Source of the DNA: an uncultured Verrucomicrobiae bacterium
Lineage (GTDB): Bacteria; Verrucomicrobiota; Verrucomicrobiia; Chthoniobacterales; JAFAMB01
DNA: 64,000 nucleotides
Reading direction: 5' to 3'
Assembly: GCA_963837955.1 (NCBI GenBank)
Contig: CAWIPH010000002.1
Span: forward strand, 1,600,001 to 1,664,000
The translations under genes and the position numbers were made by a program. Of the stretch, positions 1-9,728 are shown in pieces (position 1 is the stretch's first letter; the number at the start of each line of letters is the position of its first letter). The notes below the pieces were generated by a model that ran no database searches, was not told where the DNA came from, and saw only the letters and a list, made by a program, of their open reading frames with translations.

Positions 1-136
1 TTCCGAAATTGTTGTCTAGATGGCGACGACAATCACATAGTCGTAATTACCCTTTATAAATGAAACTCAATATTCCTTGTGGCCTCACGATACGTCGTCC
101 CGTGACGGAGAACAATACTTTCGAAGGCGCACACCT

Positions 137-240
137 ATATCGAAAAGGTATACGCGAGCGAATCTCTTATCTCTCTTTAAGAGGATTGCTGAAACGAGCC
201 GCTTTCGACTAATTCCTTGGGAGCGCGAAACGGAACTGCC
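137..240. repeat. Left arm of ~105 bp inverted repeat (partner 1324-1428)
   Basis: 137-240 aligns to the reverse complement of 1324-1428 with 7 substitutions and 1 indel by hand alignment. Confidence 0.9.
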
Positions 241-442
241 TAATCGCGGCAGTTAGAAAAAAAGGCGGGTATCCAAAATACGGAGTTCTAATACCCCCAA
301 CAAAACATGGGCCAGGCTATCCGGTCAAGGTTGCCAGATCCGCAATGGGAGTATCTATGAAACTGGGCTTTATTTGTCTCAACGCGGCAGTTAGGACAGA
401 GACGCTTGACCTCTCCTCCTATTGAGCTACATCTCCATTCTG

Positions 443-1387
443 ATGGATCTCCGACATCTCCGTTACTTTCAGGCTGTCGCCACCTTACTTAACTTTAGCC
501 GCGCTGCGGAAGAGCTGCATGTCGCGCAGCCTGCAATCAGTCGGCAGATCAGAGATCTTGAGGAGGAAATAGGCGTCACGCTGTTCCGGCGCTCATCCTC
601 GCGTGTCCAGCTTACCGAGGCCGGACAGTATTTCTTGAACCAGACCGACCAGCTTCTCGAACTTCTGAACAATGCAGTCGCCAAAGCCCGGCAGATCGGC
701 AAGGAGGCAACCGGACAGCTCAATATCGGCAGCGACTGGAATATTCCAGCACCAATCTCCGTCTCAGTGCGCAAGTTCCGGAAACTTTATCCAAAGTTCC
801 ACGTGAATTTCGTCGAATTGCCGAGCCACGAACATATGCGCGCAGCGCGCTCCGGCCAAATTCATGTCGGTTTTGTCTCGTCTCGTGACATCGATTCCCG
901 CGACGATCTTGATTTGGTGCGCGTCTTTTCTACTGAAGTAATTGTCGTTTTGCCTGACCATCACCGGCTAGCGCATCGGGAGCGGATTCGCATAGCTGAG
1001 TTGAATGATGAACGCTGGATTACGCCCCATAAAACGTTGGCTCCCAAGTGTCATGACTGGATCAAGGAGCTCCTGCGTTCCGCTCAATGCAATGCAAAAT
1101 TCGGCAAGACAGCAAATTCGCTTCAAGGTATGCTCGCCTTGGTGGCGGCTGACGAAGGGATTTGCCTGGTGGGGAAACAACTCTTGGTGAATAGCACCAC
1201 AGGAATCCGACTCGTCCCCACCGACTGCCCGAACTTCGAGCTTTTTGCTGTCTCGCTCAAAAATCCGTCCTCCATTCCGGCAGCCAGTTACCTGGAGGTT
1301 CTGCGGGAAGAATCGACTCAATGGGCAGTTCCGTTTCGCGCTCCCAAGGAATTAGCCGAAAACGCCTCGTTTCAGCAACCCTCTTGA
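443..1387 (+). CDS. LysR-family transcriptional regulator
   Basis: N-terminal HTH MDLRHLRYF...NFSRAAEELHVAQPAISRQIRDLEEEIG followed by LysR substrate-binding domain; ATG 443 preferred over TTG 422. Confidence 0.95.
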   Translation: MDLRHLRYFQAVATLLNFSRAAEELHVAQPAISRQIRDLEEEIGVTLFRRSSSRVQLTEAGQYFLNQTDQLLELLNNAVAKARQIGKEATGQLNIGSDWNIPAPISVSVRKFRKLYPKFHVNFVELPSHEHMRAARSGQIHVGFVSSRDIDSRDDLDLVRVFSTEVIVVLPDHHRLAHRERIRIAELNDERWITPHKTLAPKCHDWIKELLRSAQCNAKFGKTANSLQGMLALVAADEGICLVGKQLLVNSTTGIRLVPTDCPNFELFAVSLKNPSSIPAASYLEVLREESTQWAVPFRAPKELAENASFQQPS

Positions 1388-1428
1388 AGAGAGAATAAGA
1401 GATTCGCTCGCGTATATCTTTTCAATAT
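1324..1428. repeat. Right arm of ~105 bp inverted repeat; supplies the last ~20 codons and stop of lysR
   Basis: Reverse complement matches 137-240. Confidence 0.9.
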
Positions 1429-1962
1429 TGCAATGACCTATAAATGTTCGACGGACAAAGGTGGCGGACGCACCCTCCGATCGAAAGGATCTCTCTTCAC
1501 CGGGTGGACAGGCCGACCGATGAAGCCTGTGGCTCGCGCGCTGCGCGTTTTTGCTACATCTATTTTTATCGGTCCTTTTTGGGCCCAGCGCGGCATTCTG
1601 ACTGCACCAGCTATGGGTTTGGGGCGTTGACCGGATGGTCTCGCCGCACGCATTTATGGACTTAGTACGAGCCAGTAGTACAGGGGGCAGCTGACACGTG
1701 TGTGTACGGCATGCCCTAACTGTATCGCACCTAATTCTGCGTAGAATTGAATGGGATCGAGAATAGAGCGGTCGACTCCGGATGCCGTCACAGCTGCAGC
1801 TGCGCTGGCCAGTGAGAACTTTCAAAGTCAAACTCCTTCGGGGTTTGAGTCAACCAAGCGAGCTTCGAAATAGTAGCAGAGGGGTCGTCCCAATCGATTT
1901 TGAGTCCTAGACGCTCTGCCTGTGCTCTGACGGCGGTGTGAGCTTGCACAAACATTCGGAAT

Positions 1963-2088
1963 AAGGTTCTCTAAGCCGCGTCGATTTCTAGCCAGATTTT
2001 CAGGGGTAGTCTCGTGCGGCCAATCATATACGCGGAGCGGAGTATAGGCCGTGTAGTCGAAGTTCAATGCATTAGTTAGGTGAGTGCA
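1963..2088 (-). pseudogene. Internal fragment of a GT1 (MGT-type) glycosyltransferase
   Basis: NALNFDYTAYTPLRVYDWPHETTPENLARNRRG closely matches NALHFDYSGYTPLCVYDWAHLNTPEAIKRNRQG of the intact gene at 49547-50842; flanks do not align. Confidence 0.8.
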
Positions 2089-2301
2089 AGCAATTGGCAC
2101 AGCGCGCTGGAAAATCAGGATCGCAGAATAGAATAAGCGCCGACTGCAGGCGCAATCGGACCAAAACCAAAAAAAATCTACGAACCCAGTCTCCCTCTTC
2201 GCGCTAATGAGAAGCGACATGTCGTCACACGCGGCCGGACACTAGCTCAAAATTTAGCGACGCAGAGTTTAAAAGCGGTCTGTTTCGATTCATTTTAATA
2301 G

Positions 2302-2337
2302 GCTCTTAAAACAGACGTTCAGCGTCTGTTTAAGAGC
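2302..2337. terminator. Stem-loop, possible terminator of the methyltransferase gene
   Basis: gctcttaaaacagacg-ttcag-cgtctgtttaagagc, near-perfect stem ~110 bp downstream of the stop at 2447. Confidence 0.45.
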
Positions 2338-2446
2338 TTCCTAACCGATAGCAATCGAGCCGCATTTAGGCTACTGCCTATAAACGGTAACTTATACACC
2401 TCTTGGCAGCACGATGATGAGTTTTGGGGTACAGCCGAGGATTTTC

Positions 2447-3547
2447 CTATGGTCGCGCTTCCATAATCATATTGAAGGGCGTTTCCGCGGCACGACGGAG
2501 CCGTGTAAATCCGCCCTTCGAGAGAACGTCTCTCAGGCGCCGCTCGCCGGCTTGCGCTCCTAGGGCGAGGCCGACTTCCTGACTGAGCGAACCAGGAGTG
2601 CATATCATCGTCGAGAACCCGTAATACAATCTGCCAACCGGATTAATATTCTCAGCGAGCGAATCTCCAGCGAGAGGCTCCACAATCATGAATGTGCCAT
2701 CGGCTTGAAGGGACTGTTTGACATGTGACACCGCGCCAACCGGATCGCCCATGTCGTGCAGAGCGTCGAACACGGTTACAAATCCGTAGTCGTTACCGGG
2801 GAAGTCTTTCGCTGTAGCAATACTGAAATGGACGTTCGTAATTTGCTGCTCCGTGGCATGGCGATTCGCTGCCTCGACGGAAGCCGGATGCAAATCAAAT
2901 CCACAGAATTCAGATTTAGGGAACGCTTTCGCCATGATGAGGGTCGAGATGCCATGACCGCATCCGATGTCCGCGACACGAATGCCGGCGCTCAGCTTCT
3001 GCTGGACGCCGTCAAGCGCGGGTATCCACTTCTCGTTTATGTTGGCTTGATAACCGGGCCGAAAGAACCGCTCTATCCCGCAAAAAAGGCAGTTGTGATG
3101 CCTTCCCCAAGGCAGACCCGCGCCGGTCCGAAAACTCTCGGCGACAAGCGGTTCGTCGTGGTAAATGGCCGAAATGGTATAGAAACCTCCCGTCATCGCG
3201 GCAGGACTATTTGGATCAGCGAATACTGCGACCTGTTCGGCAGTGAGAAAAAAAGCCTCGCTGGCTGCATCATAGCTAACGTACCCCGAGGCAGTCTGGG
3301 CACTAAGCCATTCCCTAAGCTGTCGCTCATGGAGGTTGGTCTTTTTGGCGAGTTCTTGGGAGGTCGCCGGGCCAATATCGGCAAGCGCTGCGTAAATTCC
3401 GAGGTCGTCGCCAAGCACAACGAGCGCTCCATTTACGGCCGCCCCGAGATCGCTGACCATCTGCCCAAGAAGCTGATTGAGGGCATCGGGGTTCAATGAA
3501 GATTTGCCGGCGCCGGCCGGCATTTCACTTCGAGTTGTTGTTTCCAT
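2447..3547 (-). CDS. Class I SAM-dependent methyltransferase with N-terminal winged helix (Rv2258c-like)
   Basis: VADIGCGHG SAM motif, FDALHDMGDP, C-terminal ALGAQAGE...ETPFNMIMEARP. Confidence 0.92.
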   Translation of the reverse strand: METTTRSEMPAGAGKSSLNPDALNQLLGQMVSDLGAAVNGALVVLGDDLGIYAALADIGPATSQELAKKTNLHERQLREWLSAQTASGYVSYDAASEAFFLTAEQVAVFADPNSPAAMTGGFYTISAIYHDEPLVAESFRTGAGLPWGRHHNCLFCGIERFFRPGYQANINEKWIPALDGVQQKLSAGIRVADIGCGHGISTLIMAKAFPKSEFCGFDLHPASVEAANRHATEQQITNVHFSIATAKDFPGNDYGFVTVFDALHDMGDPVGAVSHVKQSLQADGTFMIVEPLAGDSLAENINPVGRLYYGFSTMICTPGSLSQEVGLALGAQAGERRLRDVLSKGGFTRLRRAAETPFNMIMEARP

Positions 3548-3709
3548 AATCTATTTTTCTTTTGTCGAGACTTCGACTGATGGCGTTGACCGAATGGCTA
3601 GCGGCAGGGTATTTAGATTAGTTAGGAGCTTTAGAACGCATTCCTTCTACTGGTTATGACCACTCATGACGCCACCCTAGACCGCATTGAGACGATCGGA
3701 GTACTAAGG

Positions 3710-4210
3710 TTACTTAGGCTGCTCATTTGGGGCGTTTCGTGCGGACGCGGACCCGTTTTTAAAATGATTGGGAAACATGAGACGATCATCCTCCAAAAGG
3801 ACTTCGAACATGGGAGACGTTATCGACATCTTTTCCGCAGCTGGGTAGATTTCGTAGAAAGTTGCTGCCGGAATGAAGGCCAGCACATCTTCAATTCGTG
3901 GGCTGAAAAGTTTCTTGTTCAGTGAAGCGACGCTCGACAGATCGGCATTTCTCCGCAGCCAGTCAGCGATTTCATCTTCAACCGAAACCTTCTGCACAAT
4001 TTCGAGTAGCCATTCTTCGGTCACGCCAATGCCATCGAGAAGCATAAGGCTTAAGCCGGGTGCAAATGGCGTAGTAATACTGTACACGCCAATATTTCCC
4101 CCAGGAAGCTTCGCCCGCAATTTATCGATCGTGCGGGGCATCATGTATAGGCCTTCCATTTTTTGATAAGAGCTGCGTGGTGGCTGAGTCGTTAGGTCGA
4201 TGGTTTCCAT
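3710..4210 (-). CDS. DUF5069-like protein
   Basis: DLTTQPPRS...MPRTIDKLRAKLPGGNIGVY resembles the DUF5069 N-terminal signature. Confidence 0.75.
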   Translation of the reverse strand: METIDLTTQPPRSSYQKMEGLYMMPRTIDKLRAKLPGGNIGVYSITTPFAPGLSLMLLDGIGVTEEWLLEIVQKVSVEDEIADWLRRNADLSSVASLNKKLFSPRIEDVLAFIPAATFYEIYPAAEKMSITSPMFEVLLEDDRLMFPNHFKNGSASARNAPNEQPK

Positions 4211-4383
4211 TTATTGCATGAGTGGGTGTTGGACATTCCAGTGCGTTGAGGTGTCAACTATTAACTCAGCACTTTGAATATTAACTAAGTACTCTGAATA
4301 CCCGCCGTTTTTTGTTCCAAGTGCCGCAATGATTGTCTAGATGGCCGGACCACGTGTACTTGCACCAAAAAACCGGACACTAC

Positions 4384-4500
4384 CAGATACGCAAAATGAT
4401 CTACACGACCAACGCCATCGAGAGCCTGCATATGCAGGTGAGAAAAGTGATCAAAAACAGAGGGCATTTTCCAAGCGATGAAGCGGCCACCAAATTGATC
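4384..4500 (+). mobile_element. IS256-family transposase C-terminal fragment
   Basis: IRKMIYTTNAIESLHMQVRKVIKNRGHFPSDEAATKLI is the typical IS256 TTNxIE...RGxFP motif; the rest of the transposase is missing. Confidence 0.85.
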
Positions 4501-5472
4501 GCGTTTGACGTCTACATAATGAAAAGGCGCCACGCTTCTCGATCCGATCCTGATTTTAATCGTAATCTTGGCCCTCTATCTCCCGTGGGTCGGCCGCAAA
4601 GCCTTCGCTAATCTACTAAACTGACCTTCGATCACCTTACTTCACTCCATTAACCTCAACTCCGTTGTGAAGCTGCAAGGCAGCAACTCCGTAGGCCCCG
4701 GCCCTCTAACTGACGCCGGCCGCCGCCGAGCAAGTCGGCCTTCTTATAAGACGCTTGCCGCACCCTAGAGGGCCTCAAGGATCGTTGATAAATGGGGAGA
4801 ACTCAAGAAAGGGAAAGTTATGCACGCCAAGCGTCAATCCTCCTCGGAAACAACGCATGTGATTAGGCCACGATCGGTCACCTACGGTAAAACGTTTCTT
4901 CGCGCTTTCACGCGGGAGAAGCGGTATCTAACGTGCATAACTTTCCCTTTCTTGAGTTCTCCCCTATCTCTACATCATGATGCCAGGATCTGTTTACCAA
5001 TGGAAAAGAGAAGCTGGGTGGAAAAAGCTCCTTTAGACAACCTTCGAAGGTCCTCCTGAACGGGAACCCTAACGAAAAGTAGCTAGTCGGATAAGAAGTG
5101 TTGAACCACAGGGAAAATTTCCAGAGCACGATATCCGCCACCCCGCTCAGCGGTGATGTGTAAAATAAAGATTCGTTCGAAGGGATTAGCGCTAGGGATC
5201 GTTAGGTTTTGAGCGATCAAATCAAACTCATATGACTCTGTCACCGGAGCGAGCGGTAAATGGCAAGCCAGAGCCCGTCAACACCTTCATATTGCTTAGA
5301 GCATTTTTCGTTGAGAGCACGCTGGCTAGAGATCGTAACCCGCTCATCCATGCGATCCCATATTAGCTTTTACAGGCCGCCCCGCGAAACGCCGGGAACG
5401 CCGACATCGCCGCGATCGCCGACAACGGGAAGATGGTCTCCGATCGATCCTCAACCAATCTAGAATAGTTGC

Positions 5473-5519
5473 GCCCTCTCAAGGCCGGTGCACGGGTTCG
5501 AGTCCCGTACGCGCAGCCA
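5473..5519 (+). pseudogene. 3' half of tRNA-Glu(CTC), possible att site
   Basis: Anticodon loop ctCTCaa, perfect T-arm acggg-ttcgagt-cccgt, 3' acgcgcagCCA; no D-arm upstream. Confidence 0.75.
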
Positions 5520-5667
5520 GGTGGCCGGAGTTGGTATCATCTCCCCACAGTTTGATGTGAGCGCAGACTAGGAAGTCTTAGCGAGAGTACTAGTAGATTT
5601 CCTAGTTATGGACTCGTTGAAGACTGATTCGCTGATCTCTTTGTACGGAGCGCTGACCTAGCGAGCT

Positions 5668-6333
5668 TTAGGCCTCAGCTACCCAACTTTGAATCTTTGG
5701 TGGATCAATTTTGCCGCGAAGCCCTTCGGCCCGCAACAAATACTCCACTATGTCGTCATTGCTCATTTTGGGATACGTTTCCTTGATCCCGGACGCTATT
5801 ACCTTCACATACTGCTCACACGGTGGGCTTGGATTCGCCTGCAGGTCAGCTCGGGCGGTTGTGAAAGTAAGGACCGGATACCCTCCTTCCGATCCAATAT
5901 TCAGGAGTCTTCCGTACCAAGGATTACCGGACAAACGAAATTCCCGTTGCCCAACTAACTGGTCGAACGCTGGAATGCAACGCCAGCCGGAAACCGGACT
6001 TTCATTCTCCTGCATCACTACGTCATTGAACTGTTCGTCGGTGATTAGGTACATCCGACCTAACGTGGGGCGTCCCTTTGGGTTTTCACGAATAAAGGCT
6101 AGGCCGCCGTTTCCCCACCTTCTAAATCGACCGGCGAAATACAGTTCAAAATTGAGCGACGTCGGTTGGGATTCTGTAGGCTCGCCTTTATCTCGGCATC
6201 CCTCGTTTCGTTTGGCGCTCCCCTCCGGAGTACCACCTTGAATATAGCACATGAGACGTTCACGCTGCAGATTCGAGCCGTAGCACGCGTACCAGACCCG
6301 TTTGGGCGTACTCTGGTCCTGATTCGGTAACAT
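5668..6333 (-). CDS. Conserved hypothetical protein, gamma-glutamylcyclotransferase-like fold
   Basis: VWYACYGSNL N-terminal motif and C-terminal PxxxYxxxIxxG, both typical of GGCT-like proteins. Confidence 0.65.
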   Translation of the reverse strand: MLPNQDQSTPKRVWYACYGSNLQRERLMCYIQGGTPEGSAKRNEGCRDKGEPTESQPTSLNFELYFAGRFRRWGNGGLAFIRENPKGRPTLGRMYLITDEQFNDVVMQENESPVSGWRCIPAFDQLVGQREFRLSGNPWYGRLLNIGSEGGYPVLTFTTARADLQANPSPPCEQYVKVIASGIKETYPKMSNDDIVEYLLRAEGLRGKIDPPKIQSWVAEA

Positions 6334-6593
6334 TTGTTGCGATCGTCTCTAGGTTTGACCGCAAAATATCAGTGCAGAATAACTAGTCGATATGTAAAGG
6401 GCCTCACTTGCGTTGCCAGCGGGGCGGAACAAGAAAAGAAAAAGTCAGGGGAGTCATCGTCAACAACAATCGCTACCACACAAATTGAAACGAATCGGGT
6501 CGTGAGCGCGAAGCTCTTAAAATACAGATGAGGCGATTCCTACACGGTGCACCCGGCCTCAATATCAGTGATTTATGTAGGAATCCCTTTGTT

Positions 6594-7982
6594 TCAGTAA
6601 AGCTCGCCTCCAGAATGCGACGAGGCGTTGTAGAATTCTTTCACCGCATGGTAACCCTTAAAAAGCGTCCGCGAAATGTTCGGCTTCCCTAACCCGTAGG
6701 TGGATTGATCCACGTCGCTGGTGACACCGTACCCGGCCTCATCCGAATAGCTGCCGGCGAAAGCTCCACCCTGGAAATCACCGTTCGGGCCTCCAACCTG
6801 AACGTTGTAGTTGTTGGGGCCGGCTTTCCAATATTCATCGGACCAGTCAAAAATGAATCCGCCCACGCAGACTTGCTCATTGTTGTTCGCCAGATTGCCT
6901 TTAATTGTATTCCATTGTTCGTTGAGGAAGGTCGCGACAGGTACGGCAGCCTTATAAGGCTGGCCTGTGCCCATTTGGCTTTCCGGCACATCATCAAGGT
7001 TTTTGATGGGCTGTATGGAGGTTGTCCCGTAAACGCCGGGAGCGGGCCGGGTCGTGTGCGGCGTGCCCCATTCGCCGAGAATCAACGGCTTCCTTTTGCC
7101 TAATGATTTCATTAGCTCCGCGTACTGCGTAAAGACCGAGCCGTCCCCGAAAGTCGGCCCGCGATAGACGTTGATGCTCCACGAGTCAAGATTATGGAGG
7201 TGCCTCGACTCTTCGCCAAGTTTGATGGCCGGCCAAGTCTCTTGCGGCGTGAAGTTGTCGTTGGTCGCACTCGTGAGGAACGGTTTCTTGCCCCGGCTGA
7301 GCCCCGCGTCGTTCGCTGCATCGATCAATTTTCCGAAGTTGCTCCAGAACTGCGGGTTGTGGGTTACTCCGTCGAAGATCTCGTTGCCAATCATGTAACC
7401 GAAAACCGCCGGGTGATTGACCGTGCTCTTTACGAGTTTGTCGTACTCACTGATGTAATCGTTGAGGCCCTTTCCGCCCTGCGCGATCACGCCGCCCTGA
7501 GTGTAGGAAAACATCACCACGTAAATGGGTTTGTTTCCGCCGTTCCAGCAGTGGTCGAGAAATTCCTTCCAATTTCCGGCTGTGCCGGGTTCGCCAGCGT
7601 TATGATTAGGATTCCCGGCATACAATTTGATCACGTTGATGCCGGCCTCACGCATCTTATCGATGTCCGGTTTCCAGACGTTCGCGTAATAGGGAATGAA
7701 ATAATCGCCATAAGGAATAAAGCCGGGAAACGTGCCGATCGGAACCGGCGAGTAATTCATCCCTTTAATGACAAAAGGCTTTCCGTCGACGTACAGCATG
7801 AATTTAGATGCCTCAACTTGGGTGTTGGGCAGATTGGAGTCCTGCACCGCCGGCATGACGCGGTTGGCGTCGTCTAAGCTTACTGCGTACGCACTGATGC
7901 CGACGAAAGTGAGGAGTATTGAGACAGTCGCGCAGCGCAACCTCGTAATGGCTGTCCATGTTCCTGGAACTGACTGGCTCAT
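6594..7982 (-). CDS. Secreted clan GH-A glycoside hydrolase (TIM barrel)
   Basis: Signal peptide; YVDGKPFVIKGMNY; acid/base motif IGNE; nucleophile motif ILGEWG; FIFDWSDEYWK. Confidence 0.8.
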   Translation of the reverse strand: MSQSVPGTWTAITRLRCATVSILLTFVGISAYAVSLDDANRVMPAVQDSNLPNTQVEASKFMLYVDGKPFVIKGMNYSPVPIGTFPGFIPYGDYFIPYYANVWKPDIDKMREAGINVIKLYAGNPNHNAGEPGTAGNWKEFLDHCWNGGNKPIYVVMFSYTQGGVIAQGGKGLNDYISEYDKLVKSTVNHPAVFGYMIGNEIFDGVTHNPQFWSNFGKLIDAANDAGLSRGKKPFLTSATNDNFTPQETWPAIKLGEESRHLHNLDSWSINVYRGPTFGDGSVFTQYAELMKSLGKRKPLILGEWGTPHTTRPAPGVYGTTSIQPIKNLDDVPESQMGTGQPYKAAVPVATFLNEQWNTIKGNLANNNEQVCVGGFIFDWSDEYWKAGPNNYNVQVGGPNGDFQGGAFAGSYSDEAGYGVTSDVDQSTYGLGKPNISRTLFKGYHAVKEFYNASSHSGGELY

Positions 7983-8006
7983 GATGGGGGTACCTAGTCA
8001 CTATCT

Positions 8007-8330
8007 GAGCGCGGCGTTACAGTCAAGGAAAGCGGTTGGCCGAATTTCCGTCGCGGTGCATTCAAGCCCGGCCAGAAGTCGTTCATGTACGGGTGGTGCG
8101 CGGGTCCGGCTGGTATCGGTCTTGCCAGACTGGCCCGGTTCGGTGGCGGAACGTTCGAGACGCGCGAGGAAATACAGGCTGCGATCGTCGACGCCACGTC
8201 GGGACCAAGTTTCCCGGCAGGCCATCTCTGTTGTGGCCGATGCGGGCGGATCGAACTGCTCCTCGAGGCGGCCAATCTCCTTGCCGACAATACGTTGCGA
8301 GACGCTGCGGTTTCGCAAGCAATTGTGGTA
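8007..8330 (+). pseudogene. Fragment of a LanM/LanC-like lanthionine cyclase domain
   Basis: In-frame GWPNFR...FMYGWCAGPAGIGLARL...HLCCGRCGRIELLL (WCxG and CCG zinc-ligand motifs); in-frame stop at 7995 upstream. Confidence 0.8.
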
Positions 8331-8471
8331 GAATGCGGTCTAAATTGTAGAATTCGCTTATTACCCATTCGATATAGGCATTGAAGTCGATTTCTTTGTA
8401 GGTGGCCCGCCAGGCATCGAGCAGATTCGGCTGATAGCCAGACATCTCTGATTAGAGCCATGCGAGCCTGA

Positions 8472-8942
8472 TCACCCGAGCCAAAGTCGCGGATCCAGGT
8501 TTAGCTCCATTTCCGGATCAATCCGAATTTTCGGAAAGTCACGGTGGCGCGTATTTAAAACGAAGTTGCGCTCGGTGTCCAAAACCGCGCTTGGCACAGA
8601 CAGAACAGCCGAGCGGCTTTCTAAAAACCAATCCTCGCCGAATTTCTGAGCAGCGGTCTTTGAGCCGTCAGACGAAAACCTCTCTCTCCAGCCCACCGGC
8701 GGGTTGGTCACTGTTTCCACTAGTGCCGCATCGAACTCGAAAAGAAAATAAACGTATCCATCCTTGGGATCGTAGGTTGCCTGGTTAACGCGAAGCTCCA
8801 ATACCGCCAGCGAAAGATGCTCGGAACCATATACGGCGGGTATATTCTTTGGGTTCCATCGGCCGCCATATCTCCTCGCCCCCTCCCCATTGAACGCGCC
8901 GCTGGCGCGCGCTTTACGCACCAGGCGATATCCGACCATCAA
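8472..8942 (-). CDS. RES-domain toxin (NAD+ phosphorylase type)
   Basis: GEGARRYGGRWN, YGSEHLSLAVLE, VPSAV...ERNFVLN; overlaps the antitoxin stop codon. Confidence 0.92.
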   Translation of the reverse strand: MMVGYRLVRKARASGAFNGEGARRYGGRWNPKNIPAVYGSEHLSLAVLELRVNQATYDPKDGYVYFLFEFDAALVETVTNPPVGWRERFSSDGSKTAAQKFGEDWFLESRSAVLSVPSAVLDTERNFVLNTRHRDFPKIRIDPEMELNLDPRLWLG

Positions 8943-9385
8943 CTGTAGACCCCATAATCGATGCGTCCCAAAAGATCATCAACCTGCATCGCGCCAACCG
9001 AGGTATCGGCTCGTTGCAGCGGAGTTTCGCCTCCTAAGGCCGCTAACGGCGTAGACATCCAGCCTCGCGCCTTTTCGACGCTGCCAAAGATTTCGGTCGC
9101 CCGATCTAAGAGCCTGGCAACCCGCGCCAGACTATCCGATTCGGTCGGACTCAGTACTCCATCCTTCAAGCGTCGGTCGAATGTTCGGCTCGAAATATTG
9201 AGCAGTTCGGCCAGGGTTCGCTCAGCAATTCGCAGTTCAGACGCCACCTTCACCAACCATTTGACGGAGAGTCCCTTGCGCACGCTTTCGATCGTCATCG
9301 AACGCTGAATTGTGGTGTCCTTTTGATGGCCCTCTTTTCTTCGGTAGTGCTTGAATCCGCCAGCCGCTCGCTTCGCCTTCGCCAT
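8939..9385 (-). CDS. Xre/MbcA/ParS-type antitoxin
   Basis: HTH-like ISSRTFDRR, LSPTESD, WMSTPLAALGGETP, LGRIDYGVYS; directly upstream of the RES toxin. Confidence 0.92.
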   Translation of the reverse strand: MAKAKRAAGGFKHYRRKEGHQKDTTIQRSMTIESVRKGLSVKWLVKVASELRIAERTLAELLNISSRTFDRRLKDGVLSPTESDSLARVARLLDRATEIFGSVEKARGWMSTPLAALGGETPLQRADTSVGAMQVDDLLGRIDYGVYS

Positions 9386-9521
9386 ATGGCGTTTATTATA
9401 TCGCCATTAGGCGGTTCCGGTCCAGGGATTTCCCAGCGTCCTTTTCGTCCAAGGCTGTCAGTCTTTTTAGAAGCAGGTCGCGAAAACCGTCATTGTGACC
9501 GTTAGCGCCCAGCGCGGAACG

Positions 9522-9728
9522 CGTGATTCAAGAAAGCCTAGGGTGCAGCCCTAGGAATTCGGATAACCCGGCCGCCGCAAGCGCTGAAGGCGCGTTTCAA
9601 TCTACCACAAATGATTCGGCCCAAGACTTGCAAGCCCAACACGGCTTGTCTCTGTCACGCGCTTTCAGCGCTAGACCTCGTGTATATTCTTGTTCCTAGG
9701 GCTGTACCCTAGGCTATCTTGAGTCACG
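9522..9728. repeat. REPIN/MITE-like nested inverted repeat
   Basis: 36 bp outer arms 9522-9557 and 9693-9728 (33/36), each with an internal ctaggg...ccctag palindrome; inner arms 9580-9595 and 9657-9672. Confidence 0.8.

Noticed and set aside
2756..3499. Long antisense ORFs (also 7194-7877, 21541-22299, 58806-59513)
   Set aside because: Shadows of well-supported genes on the opposite strand, with no motifs
4620..5460. Short ORFs between the IS256 fragment and the tRNA remnant
   Set aside because: No recognisable motifs or consistent coding signal
5440..5519. Intact tRNA-Glu
   Set aside because: No D-arm or complete 5' acceptor strand, and only 3 bp of anticodon stem
7990..8460. Functional lanthipeptide cluster
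   Set aside because: Only about 100 codons of cyclase; no dehydratase, precursor or exporter
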